Virus record (IMG/VR): IMGVR_UViG_3300047174_000111
Location: 1 to 64,000 of that record
Length of the DNA stretch: 64,000 nt
Origin: a virus
Direction: 5' to 3' (one strand)
Within the stretch, counting starts at the first letter, position 1. Every line of letters begins with the position of its first letter. Positions 36,056 to 45,238 of this stretch are shown here, piece by piece. The notes beneath the pieces were generated by a model, which ran no database searches, was not told where the DNA came from, and saw nothing but the letters and a program-made list of their open reading frames with translations. The position numbers were made by a program, and so were the translations under genes.

Positions 36056-36292
36056 TCATGTAACAGCACAGTTGGATGTGGCATTTTGGTGGTTCGTGGA
36101 AGGATGGGTGACGCCGAGTGCCGTCTGGAGCGCTCTGATTGTTCGCGCTCCAGGCCGAAACGCCGGTCTCCCAAATTTGGCGAGCGTGTTCGGGTGCAGC
36201 CCGGCGCGACGCGCCAGTTCCGCGCGCGACATGCCGCTGCGCCGCCACCGCTTATGGAGAGTGAGGATCAAATCATCGAGCGTCTCGGTCAT
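36056..36292 (-). CDS. XRE/Cro-like HTH regulator
   Basis: GMSRAELARRAGLHPNTL. Confidence 0.75.
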   Translation of the reverse strand: MTETLDDLILTLHKRWRRSGMSRAELARRAGLHPNTLAKFGRPAFRPGARTIRALQTALGVTHPSTNHQNATSNCAVT

Positions 36293-36493
36293 GACACACC
36301 ATCGCCACATCCTGGTGTGGTCAGCAAGCACATAAGGCGCACAGGATCTGAAATCCAGATCGACCCATCCCGACTACCAGTCGCCCACGCAGATCCCGTG
36401 GCCCTGGAACCGCAAGCCCTGGAAGGCCGGAGAGGCGCGACACACCATTCGCGGCATCGTGACTCACGCCATCGTGCCGCAGCGCTGAAACGC

Positions 36494-36530
36494 GAAAAGC
36501 CCCAGCGACCGCGAGGGGCGCTGGGGCTTG
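36494..36530 (-). terminator. Intrinsic terminator
   Basis: AAGCCCCAGCG/CGCTGGGGCTT stem, T-run on the minus strand. Confidence 0.65.
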
Positions 36531-36537
36531 TCGTGTG

Positions 36538-36927
36538 TCAGTCGGCGATCTGCCGGGTCGGGGATGCCGGGTTGTGGCAGCCGTAGGCCGCGTCGATGTC
36601 GGCCGGCGTCATCTCGGTGACGACGGCGCGCGGCTCGGTCGTGAGCCGAAGCGCACCGAGCCATTCGGCGGCATCGCACACGGCGGGGATCGCGACGCGG
36701 GCTGCGTAATAGACGCCCACCGCGAGCCCGGCGCCGAGCGCCAGGCCGCCGAGGACCGCGACCGCCGGGGTCACGGTGATGCCGGCGACGACCAGCGCAT
36801 CTGCGGCGAGGAATTCGCCCAGCGCGGAGCTGGCTACGAATCCACCGGCGGCAGCCGCACTGCTGCGCGTGAACTGCGAAACGCTTTCGATGGCGTTGTA
36901 CGGCAGATCGTTGAGCATGTTGGACAT
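36538..36927 (-). CDS. Membrane protein, paralog A
   Basis: AAGGAG RBS; Gly/Ala-rich transmembrane hairpin. Confidence 0.7.
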   Translation of the reverse strand: MSNMLNDLPYNAIESVSQFTRSSAAAAGGFVASSALGEFLAADALVVAGITVTPAVAVLGGLALGAGLAVGVYYAARVAIPAVCDAAEWLGALRLTTEPRAVVTEMTPADIDAAYGCHNPASPTRQIAD

Positions 36928-37003
36928 GGGGTAACTCCTTGGTGATGAAAGTGATGTTGGTGCCGATTGATCAACGGTTCGGCGCCGTTCGGGGAGCGTG
37001 TTG

Positions 37004-37066
37004 CTCGTCAGGCCTGGGATTTCACCAAGCGACCGGCCGGCCCCTTTCGAGGCGCAGCAGGTTTCG
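37004..37066 (-). ncRNA. Hammerhead HHR21 (CUGACGA)
   Basis: C-GAAA-CC..GG-TC-GCTTGG/CCAGGC-CTGACGA-G. Confidence 0.7.
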
Positions 37067-37067
37067 A

Positions 37068-37457
37068 TCAGGCCGCGACCAGGTCGCGCTCGGCGAGGTC
37101 CAGCGCCTCGCAGGAGGTTGGCCGGAATTCGTGGCGACGCGGTGTGGCTATGATCTTGATATCGTCAGGCGCTCTCTGCTCGACGGGCGCCGTGAGGACT
37201 TCGACGGCTTCAGGGTCCGATCCGCCGAACTGGCGGCAGACCCAGCCATAGGCATCGCTGACCGGGTCAGCAGCCTGTTCGACTCCGTACGCGATGCCAG
37301 CGCCCGCGAGGGCGACGGTACCGACGACGACCCCGCCGAGGATGAGGACGGGGGCCAGCTCGGTGACCAAAGCGGCCGCACCGAGCGCCGTGCTCGCTGC
37401 GGTTACCACGGAGAACGCGCCGAAGGCGAACTTGGCGGCATTTTCGGAAACGGACAT
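37068..37457 (-). CDS. Membrane protein, paralog B
   Basis: GGGAG RBS; similar to 36538-36927. Confidence 0.7.
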   Translation of the reverse strand: MSVSENAAKFAFGAFSVVTAASTALGAAALVTELAPVLILGGVVVGTVALAGAGIAYGVEQAADPVSDAYGWVCRQFGGSDPEAVEVLTAPVEQRAPDDIKIIATPRRHEFRPTSCEALDLAERDLVAA

Positions 37458-37468
37458 TGGGGTGTCTC

Positions 37469-37519
37469 CCTTTTCAAGCATGCGTTGATGCATGCGACCG
37501 CGGAGTGATGCGGTTTCGG
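37469..37519 (-). ncRNA. Hammerhead HHR22 (U3-A8 covariant core UUGAAAA)
   Basis: CC-GAAA-CCGC/GCGG-TC-GCATGC/GCATGC-TTGAAAA-GG. Confidence 0.75.
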
Positions 37520-38249
37520 CAAGGCGATTGCGCGGCCACCGGTCCCCGGTCGGAATTGCCGGCATGGTGGAGCCGATCCGACAGCTGGTAATTCCCCAGT
37601 GTGGTAGGCAAGTCATGGGACGCCGAGGCGCAATCGGTAGGCACTTCGTTGGGCCAGCTGCATGGGCGCTGTCGCCGCAGCTACATTTCGGCAAGGCTAG
37701 ACAAAGCGTAGGCACGTCGATCACACGGCCGCCGGTCCAGGGGCGGCATGAGCGGCTTTGGCGAGGCTCGCCGCAGGCTCTCATGAATTGTGGCCTCGAA
37801 GCGTCGCGGGACGCCGCGGTGTGATCGTGAGGCAATCCGGCGATTGACAGGCGCCGCGGACCTAAACATCCCGGTCGGGTATGGTTTGTCGGGCATCGAT
37901 CCGTCGATCGTATCACTAAGATAGTATCTCGTGTCACGTATTCAAGTGTTTTCGCAATGAAAACATCAATAAATACTTGGTTTTGTGTGGTTTTATTGTC
38001 CTGGACCTCTCCAGCGGCACGCCCCTGTCGCGGAACATCGGTTCGCGGTTGGGCCATGAGGCAATGGGGCGGGCGGGTGGAACGTCGCGCCGAGGCTCGC
38101 TGACAGCCCCTGTCGGGGTTCGCCCGGGCGCGTCCGTGGCAGGACACGGGTCGATCACGCGATGTGCGAACCGTGTGGTTGACGGTTGCATGAACACATC
38201 GCAATGTGCTTACAATACATGGGAGCGATTGAACCATTTTCAAGGCAGA

Positions 38250-39218
38250 ATGATGACCCACGTCAAGCCTGCGTCCGAACGGCTCGATCTCTTCGTCGAG
38301 TCCCGCAGCCATCGGCTCGGGGTCTCCGAACTAAGCGACGGGCGGTACTACGTCTCGCTGCTCAGCGACCACGAGAGCGCCGCCACGTCCAGTTTCACGC
38401 GGGAGGAACTCCTCAACTTCGCTTTGTCCCTGATGCGCGGGTTGCATGGGGTTTTTGCAGCGCTGATCCCGGCGCAGCCTGCCGCTGCGGGCCGAGTCGG
38501 CAGAAGCGACGGCGTCCAAGACGTGAGGGACGCATACCTCGCGCCTGCGGCGGAGCCGGTCGCGGCGCCGTCGCTGGATCCTGCGACGAAGGAAGGATCG
38601 GTCGGTCCCAGCTCGGGCCAGGCGGACCCGCTGACGGCGCTGGAGCTGCGCGTCAAGCTGCTGGAGGCCGGCAGGGACGAGATGGACCGGCAGGTGCACC
38701 GGATGAAGATGTTCGGCGACGAGCATCGCACCAAGCTGATCAGCGCGCTGGATCACCGCTGTCATTTGGTCGAAAAACAGCTTGGCGACAGCATCGACCA
38801 GCTCAAAGCGCGGGTCGTCGAGAACGAGGCCGCATTCGAGGGCCGCTTGAATGAACTTCGTTCACATTCGACCGATCTCTATGCACGCATGGGACTCATA
38901 GATCCAAACACCAACGTGCGGCTCAAGTTGCAAATCGACACTCTGGCGAAAGAATTCGGCGCCCGTATTGAAACGTTGCAGCAGCATCAACACTCGCTGA
39001 GGGAGGCGGTCAACATGCAGGCCGCGTACGATCCTCATGACGTGGATGAGAAGATCTCCGACGCCGACCGTCGGCTTACTAAGGTCATCCTGTTGCTGGA
39101 GAAACGTGTGGAGGCTCTTGAAGCGCCCCGGCGAAATCGGCCAATGACGCCGGCCGAGTATTTTGAGGCGCGGCGCGACGCGGCGGATGCCGTGATCAGC
39201 GCGAAGGCGCCACGCTGA
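38250..39218 (+). CDS. Coiled-coil hypothetical protein
   Basis: Long heptad-rich ORF after a promoter-like AT-rich region. Confidence 0.65.
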   Translation: MMTHVKPASERLDLFVESRSHRLGVSELSDGRYYVSLLSDHESAATSSFTREELLNFALSLMRGLHGVFAALIPAQPAAAGRVGRSDGVQDVRDAYLAPAAEPVAAPSLDPATKEGSVGPSSGQADPLTALELRVKLLEAGRDEMDRQVHRMKMFGDEHRTKLISALDHRCHLVEKQLGDSIDQLKARVVENEAAFEGRLNELRSHSTDLYARMGLIDPNTNVRLKLQIDTLAKEFGARIETLQQHQHSLREAVNMQAAYDPHDVDEKISDADRRLTKVILLLEKRVEALEAPRRNRPMTPAEYFEARRDAADAVISAKAPR

Positions 39219-40076
39219 TGGACCAAGCCGAGCCGATCCCGCTCAAGGTGCCACGCGACGCCCAGATCGTGGCAAGGATGCTGCGCCAGCACTGCGCCCA
39301 CGGCGATAACATCAAGCTGCGCGCCGACCTCGCGATGTTCATCGCCGACCACATCGACTCGACCAGCCGCTGGATGCCGCGGCAAACCGTGATGTTATGG
39401 GTCGAGCTCATGCTTGTGCTGACGGCGCTGTTGGCACTCCTCGCTGTGGTCGGTGTCGGCAGCTGGATGGAGCTGCCCATCGTGTTGTGGCCGACCGTCG
39501 GTCCCTCGATCTTCCTCTACCGGACGCGCATCCGCCGCCTGCCTTGGTGACGGACGCGACGACACTGAATCATCGCTCGAAAATCCAAAGGAAATGACAT
39601 GACCCCGACCTGGATCCTGTTGCTCGTGCTCTATGTGCAGCAACCCTCAACAGTCCGTATCCCAACCGACCCTATCAGCGGCGGCGCGGAATTCAGCATC
39701 CACGAAGGGACAGAAGGCCCCGCCCTCAATCTTAAAGCGACGCATTCGCCGATGCCGACCAAGATGACAGCCGTCGAGGCCGACAGCATCTGGAACCAGG
39801 CGACAGCTGTCCAGATCACTTTTCCGACGAAAGAAGGCTGCGACGCGGCGGCGAAAACCGCCGAAGCCCTCGGCAAAGGCGTCTGCCTCGAGATCAAATA
39901 GGGCAGGGATGTCGACCGCCGACGCGGCGCCGCAAGGAGCGATGGCGATCCTGCTCTATGCGGCGCTGTTCCTCGTGCTGCGTGCGATCTCCGCCCGCCG
40001 CCGCAACCGCGCCGTCACAGCTCGCGCGACCACCAGATGATAGCGCCCACCGCATGTCAAAAACTGGTCACCGACC

Positions 40077-40430
40077 ATGAGCGCCATGCTTCTACCCAAA
40101 CCGACGCGTCACCGGTCTGAGGCGCATCGCAGCTACGTGGCTTCCCTTCCGTGCTGCGTCTGCACCATAACGCCACAAGCGTCGGTGCCCGGTGAAGCGC
40201 TGAGCCAATGCGCGCACCTGGCGTTCGCCCAACCGCGCGCCCGCGGCCTGCGCGTCTCTGATGCATTCACAGTACCGATGTGCCCAAGCCACCATGCCGC
40301 TTTCGACGGATCGGGCAGCCAGCACTCCTGGTGGCGCGCGAGGGGGATCGACCCATTCGCCATCGCTGACCGCCTGTGGCGCGCCAGCATCGAGGCCGGC
40401 CGGGTCAAGGCCGAACGAGCCGCCGCATGA
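40077..40430 (+). CDS. DUF968/Ref-like zinc-binding HNH-type protein
   Basis: H..YVASLPCCVC...AHL...SDAFTVPMCPSHH. Confidence 0.7.
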   Translation: MSAMLLPKPTRHRSEAHRSYVASLPCCVCTITPQASVPGEALSQCAHLAFAQPRARGLRVSDAFTVPMCPSHHAAFDGSGSQHSWWRARGIDPFAIADRLWRASIEAGRVKAERAAA

Positions 40431-41425
40431 TCCCAACGCCGCCGCCCAAGAAGCCCCGCCTCGCGCGCCGCGCTTCGCCTGCGCCGCCGCCCGCGACCGC
40501 CAAGCCGACGAAGGCAACGCGCGTCGCCGCGCCGGCCGAGGCGAAGGTCCATGAGGGCGAGATCATCCCGCCCGACCAGAACGAGCAGCGCCTCGGGATC
40601 GACTGGAACGTCGTGCGGCAGGATTACGAGCGCACCTCGATCTCGATCCGCGAACTGGCGGCCCGGCACGGCCTGAAATCCGACAACAGCATCCGCCGCC
40701 GGATCGTGGCCGAGGGCTGGCGCCGTGACATCGAGGAGATAACCGCAGAGCTGGTTTCGGCCGGTGTGGCGCTCCCGAGCCACGTCACCGCGCACAATGC
40801 GGCCCGCGGCGCGCACAAGCATGCGCACCAAAATTCGCGTCGCAAATCAGGCGCTTCCGCGGCGCGCACCGCTGATGATGCACCGCGCACGTCGGCGCGC
40901 ACATCGCAATCGGATCGCACCGAGCGCCCGGCGCGGGGCGATCGAGTGCGCAGCACTGCCGACGAGGACGACCGCGGACTTCGGACCGCAAAGGGTCTGG
41001 CCGACATTCACCAGCGCTCGATCCGAAACCAGCTCGACGCCGCCGAGACGGCCCGGAACGCCGCGGTTCACATCCTGGATGGGATCGCCCGCTGCCTCAC
41101 AGCGCCGGCCGGCAGCCAGGAGCTAGGCGAGGCGCGCGGTCGGCTGATGATGCTCTCGCCGGACAAGGACACGATGAGCACTCTGTCGGTCTCCGCCATC
41201 AAGCTGCTGGAGGGCGCGGTGATCATCGAGCGCCGGGCGCTTGGCATGGACCGATCGCTTGGCCCGGGCGCGAACAACCCGCTCGGCACGGCGCAGGGCC
41301 AAGCCATCACTGAGGTCATGAAGCGCCTGCCCGCCGACATGCTGCTCAGGCTGCGCGGCGTGGCGCAGGACATCTCGCGCTTGCCAGCGCAGCCTGAGCA
41401 TCCAGCGACACCGGAGGACGCATGA
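40427..41425 (+). CDS. Probable terminase small subunit
   Basis: DW..VR.DY...SIRELAARHG HTH; ERRALGM; upstream of TerL. Confidence 0.55.
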   Translation: MIPTPPPKKPRLARRASPAPPPATAKPTKATRVAAPAEAKVHEGEIIPPDQNEQRLGIDWNVVRQDYERTSISIRELAARHGLKSDNSIRRRIVAEGWRRDIEEITAELVSAGVALPSHVTAHNAARGAHKHAHQNSRRKSGASAARTADDAPRTSARTSQSDRTERPARGDRVRSTADEDDRGLRTAKGLADIHQRSIRNQLDAAETARNAAVHILDGIARCLTAPAGSQELGEARGRLMMLSPDKDTMSTLSVSAIKLLEGAVIIERRALGMDRSLGPGANNPLGTAQGQAITEVMKRLPADMLLRLRGVAQDISRLPAQPEHPATPEDA

Positions 41426-41453
41426 TGCGTAGGAACACGCGGGAACCGCGCAC

Positions 41454-41702
41454 GTGAGCGCGCTGGGCGACGAGCTGCGGGAGCACCGCAAGCGTCTCGG
41501 GATCAGCCAGCGGGTCGCGGCGCAGCTGCTTGGCGTGGCGCCGCAGACGATCTGCTACGCCGAGACGGGCAAGCGCGAGCCGTACGCGCTGAACGCGCTG
41601 GTCGGCTATCTGCGGCTGCTCACCCAAGCACCGCCGCGTATCAGGGATGTCGAGATGGGCCGCGTCGTGCCGGCCGCAGACGATTGGGAGGCAACATCGT
41701 GA
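41454..41702 (+). CDS. XRE HTH protein
   Basis: RKRLGISQRVAAQLLGVAPQTICYAETG. Confidence 0.7.
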   Translation: MSALGDELREHRKRLGISQRVAAQLLGVAPQTICYAETGKREPYALNALVGYLRLLTQAPPRIRDVEMGRVVPAADDWEATS

Positions 41703-42064
41703 TCCCTACCACTGACAAGGACCTGGAATTGGTCTTCAACGTCATCGCGACGGCGTGCCCGGTCGGACAGCATTTCTGCACGTCCACGCGGGCCGCATAT
41801 CTCGGGTGCGGCTGCCTACGCACGGCCGAACGTGTTCTGAAAGCGCAGCAGGCCGCACGCGAGCAAGCCGCGGCTCTGCGCCGCCTCGTGGAGATCGGCG
41901 CATGAGCCCGATCAACATCGTCCTGCTGGCTGGCGTGGTCTACCTGCTGTTCGTCGTCGGAATGGTGGACTGGTGCGAGTCCGCGCATCGGCGCCGCGAG
42001 CGCGTCACGTATCAGCGCAGCCGTGTCGTGGCCATGCTGCAGGACCTGCTGGCGGGCGACTGAC

Positions 42065-43717
42065 GTGTCCGACGACGGCTTTGCCGATCAGGACCTCATG
42101 TCGTGGATGGCCAACGCGCCGCTGACGGCGATGGCCGAGATCGACCGCGAGTTGGTCGAGCGCGGTGGACTGCGCAGCTTCATCGAGCTGGGCTGGGGCA
42201 CTGTCGAAGGCGAAAGCACCTACCGGCCGAACTGGCACATCGACGCGATATGCGAGCACTTCGAGGCCGTCAGTCGAGGCGAAATCCGGCGCCTGATGGT
42301 TCTCATCCCGCCGCGCCACATGAAGTCCCTGTCTGCCGCAGTTTTCTGGCCCGCCTACGACTGGATCGCCAATCCTCAGCGACGCTGGGTCTTCGCTTCC
42401 TACGCATTCGATTTGTCGAGGCGCGACAGCGTGAAATGCCGTCGCGTCATTCAGAGCCAATGGTATCGCGATCGGTGGGGCGATCGGTTCAAACTGGCAC
42501 ACGATCAGAACCGCCAGGACCGCTTCGACAACGATAAAGGTGGCTACCGCCTCTCCATCAGCGTCGACGGAAAGGTGACCGGCGAAGGTGGAAATATTAT
42601 CGTAATAGACGACGCACTCAATGCCAAGGACGCAAACAGCGAAGCGGCTCGAATGAACGTTCAGCGCTGGTGGGACGAGTCCATGCCGACGCGCCTGAAT
42701 GATCCTATCACAGGCGCATTTGTAATCGTACAGCAGCGCCTTCATGCGAATGATCTCGTCGGTCATATACGTAAGAAGAACGACCCTCGCTGGGTCAGCC
42801 TTTGCCTTCCGGCCGAATATGAGCCGGATCATCCACAGCGCTGGTTCCGAGACCCGCGCAAGGAAGCCGGCGAGCTGCTTTGGCCGTCGCGAGTGCCACG
42901 CCAAGAAATCGACGAACTCAAAGCGTCGCTAGGAGAATACGCCTCAGCGGGTCAGCTTCAGCAAAGGCCTGTGCCGCGTGAGGGCGGACTGTTCAAACGA
43001 CACTGGTTCCACGTCGAAGCGTTCGCCCCGCCCGACTGCACATGGTCCAGCGCATGGGACTTTGCCGCTACAGCGGCCAAGGTCACCAAGCCTGACCCAG
43101 ACTGGACATCGAACGCGCTGGTCGGCAAGTCTCGGACCACGAACAAGTTCTACGTCAAGCGGATCAGACGCTTCCGCGAAGACCCGGGCGAGGTGCGCCG
43201 CCGCGTTCTGGCCACGGCGCAGGAAGACGGCCGGCAGGTCAAGGTGACGATCCCGCAGGACCCCGGCCAGGCCGGCAAGGATCAGGCGATCCAGTACGTC
43301 GGGCTGTTGGCCGGGTTCGAGGTGCTCGCCGAGGCGCAGACCGGCGACAAGATGTCGCGCGCCATGGGGTTCGCCGCCCAGGCCTCGGTCGGCAACGTGA
43401 TCCTGATCGACGACGCGCATCTGCCGCCCGAGCAGAAATGGCATGCCGACTTCCTGGCCGAGATCACGTCCTTCCCGACCGGCGCGCATGACGACCAGGT
43501 CGATAGCGTGGCATCCGCCTACAACCGCCTCACCGACAGCACGTCGGGCATCATCGACTTCTACCGCGACCAGGTCGAGCAAGCAGCGGCCAAAAAGCCC
43601 GCGCCCGGCGCGCCGGCCCCGCCGCAGCCGCCGGTGCGTGTCGTGGAGGAGACAACGACCGATCTGGCACAGGCGCTGCGCGTCCTGCAGAAGAAAATGC
43701 AGAACCCCGGCACCTGA
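42065..43717 (+). CDS. terL: Terminase large subunit
   Basis: IPPRHMKS Walker A, IIVIDD Walker B, QQRLH, FPTGAHDDQVDS nuclease motif. Confidence 0.95.
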   Translation: MSDDGFADQDLMSWMANAPLTAMAEIDRELVERGGLRSFIELGWGTVEGESTYRPNWHIDAICEHFEAVSRGEIRRLMVLIPPRHMKSLSAAVFWPAYDWIANPQRRWVFASYAFDLSRRDSVKCRRVIQSQWYRDRWGDRFKLAHDQNRQDRFDNDKGGYRLSISVDGKVTGEGGNIIVIDDALNAKDANSEAARMNVQRWWDESMPTRLNDPITGAFVIVQQRLHANDLVGHIRKKNDPRWVSLCLPAEYEPDHPQRWFRDPRKEAGELLWPSRVPRQEIDELKASLGEYASAGQLQQRPVPREGGLFKRHWFHVEAFAPPDCTWSSAWDFAATAAKVTKPDPDWTSNALVGKSRTTNKFYVKRIRRFREDPGEVRRRVLATAQEDGRQVKVTIPQDPGQAGKDQAIQYVGLLAGFEVLAEAQTGDKMSRAMGFAAQASVGNVILIDDAHLPPEQKWHADFLAEITSFPTGAHDDQVDSVASAYNRLTDSTSGIIDFYRDQVEQAAAKKPAPGAPAPPQPPVRVVEETTTDLAQALRVLQKKMQNPGT

Positions 43718-43882
43718 CATTCACGCCTGAACCACAAGAATATAGCTCTGGTTTAAGTCTCTGATTTTGCTGTGTATTGGGACCGAATTGCCTTGCGGCA
43801 CACCAGGATGTGACGGTAATGGACCGAAGCATGGGTGCGGCCATGCCCGGCGCGACCCATCGATCAGCCAAGGGGGCATCGC

Positions 43883-44629
43883 ATGGAGCATCGCATCAGC
43901 CCACCGAACTTGGCCGCCGCCACAGTCGTCGCGCGGCGTCCCGGCGCGGCGCAGCTCTCCTGGATCAGGATTTGGCCTGTCGCACATCGGCCGCCTTTTG
44001 CGCGTCGTCAGCGCATCGTGCGCGACGTCGTCGCGCCGATCGGCCAGCTCCTGCTCCGTCTGCCCGACCCCACCGTTCTCACGCCGCTCGTGGCGGACAT
44101 CGAGCGCATCCTGGATCGCCTCGCATCGTCCGGCGCGCCCATGCCGAACAACCCTGTCCTGGGCGAGCTGGCGGGCCGCGGCCGGTCGAGCGCGAGCCGA
44201 GCGCTGGAGCGGCTGTTCAAGATGCGCAGGATCCGGATCGAGTCACGCCCCGGGCAGCGCCGGATCGTGCTGCGCGACGGCCGTGCAACGGGCTGGGGCG
44301 ACGCGAGGCCGGGCCATGCGCCCTACTGCTCGAACCGCAAGGGCGAGACGCCGCGGCCCCCGCAGCGCGCGCCGAACAGCCCGCCCATGCCGCCCGCGGT
44401 GCGCGCCGCGCCTGTCGTGGCCGGGCCCGCCCCGACGTGCCAATGGCCGATGTGGGCCCACGGCGTCGCGCCGAACGACACATACTGTGGCCAGCCCAGC
44501 ATGGCGGGACGGAGCTGGTGCCCCCTTCACCACCGCGCCTGCTTTGGTGACGACAGGTGGAGCGAGCCGCGAATTCCCCAGACGCGATACGCGCACCCGG
44601 TGGATCGCACGTACGCGGACAGGATGTGA
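43883..44629 (+). CDS. Protein with GcrA-like C-terminal domain
   Basis: CQWPMW...YCG...SWCPLHH. Confidence 0.6.
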   Translation: MEHRISPPNLAAATVVARRPGAAQLSWIRIWPVAHRPPFARRQRIVRDVVAPIGQLLLRLPDPTVLTPLVADIERILDRLASSGAPMPNNPVLGELAGRGRSSASRALERLFKMRRIRIESRPGQRRIVLRDGRATGWGDARPGHAPYCSNRKGETPRPPQRAPNSPPMPPAVRAAPVVAGPAPTCQWPMWAHGVAPNDTYCGQPSMAGRSWCPLHHRACFGDDRWSEPRIPQTRYAHPVDRTYADRM

Positions 44630-45078
44630 TGTTCCAGACGCCGTTCCATGGCTGGGCGACACAAGCTCCGTCGTCCCACAACTCATCGTCGCCAGCCCCC
44701 GTCTCGCAGCGGGCCGGATCGACGTTCGGCGCCTTCGAACAGCTGCCGCCTGCGGTGCGGGATTATCTGCACGAACACACGTCAGATGTCTGTCCGATCA
44801 AGACCTTGGAGCAATGGCGCGACGTCCAAAGAGCAATTCGTATCGTTCGTGACAGTGGCTCGAAGATCGATGAAGACGATGTGATCCGTCAGTTTATTGC
44901 GAAGCTGCGGGAAGCGGAGGAAAATGAAATCGTCATGCTGGCGCATCGCGAGAGCGCGAGATGGAAGGCGGGGTATCCGCACATCGAGGCGCGTGCGACG
45001 ATCCAGCGCTACGGAACACGAGCTTCAAGCAAAACCCGCAGAACACTCGGGACGCCAGCGCGGTCTCGTGCTCGATAG
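44629..45078 (+). CDS. Hypothetical protein
   Basis: AFEQLPPAVRDYL motif; coupled to the upstream gene. Confidence 0.5.
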   Translation: MFQTPFHGWATQAPSSHNSSSPAPVSQRAGSTFGAFEQLPPAVRDYLHEHTSDVCPIKTLEQWRDVQRAIRIVRDSGSKIDEDDVIRQFIAKLREAEENEIVMLAHRESARWKAGYPHIEARATIQRYGTRASSKTRRTLGTPARSRAR

Positions 45079-45238
45079 GTTATTGCGTAAAAGCAAACGC
45101 CTTTCTATAAGTCGACGTGCCAAGTCACGGCAGCTTCCGGCGGCCGGATAGGCTGCGAAGGGGACCAAACAGAGGTAGCGCGGCGGGGTATCGACGCCCG
45201 AGGGATGCCCCGCCACATGCTGCCGCAGGTCCGCGCCC

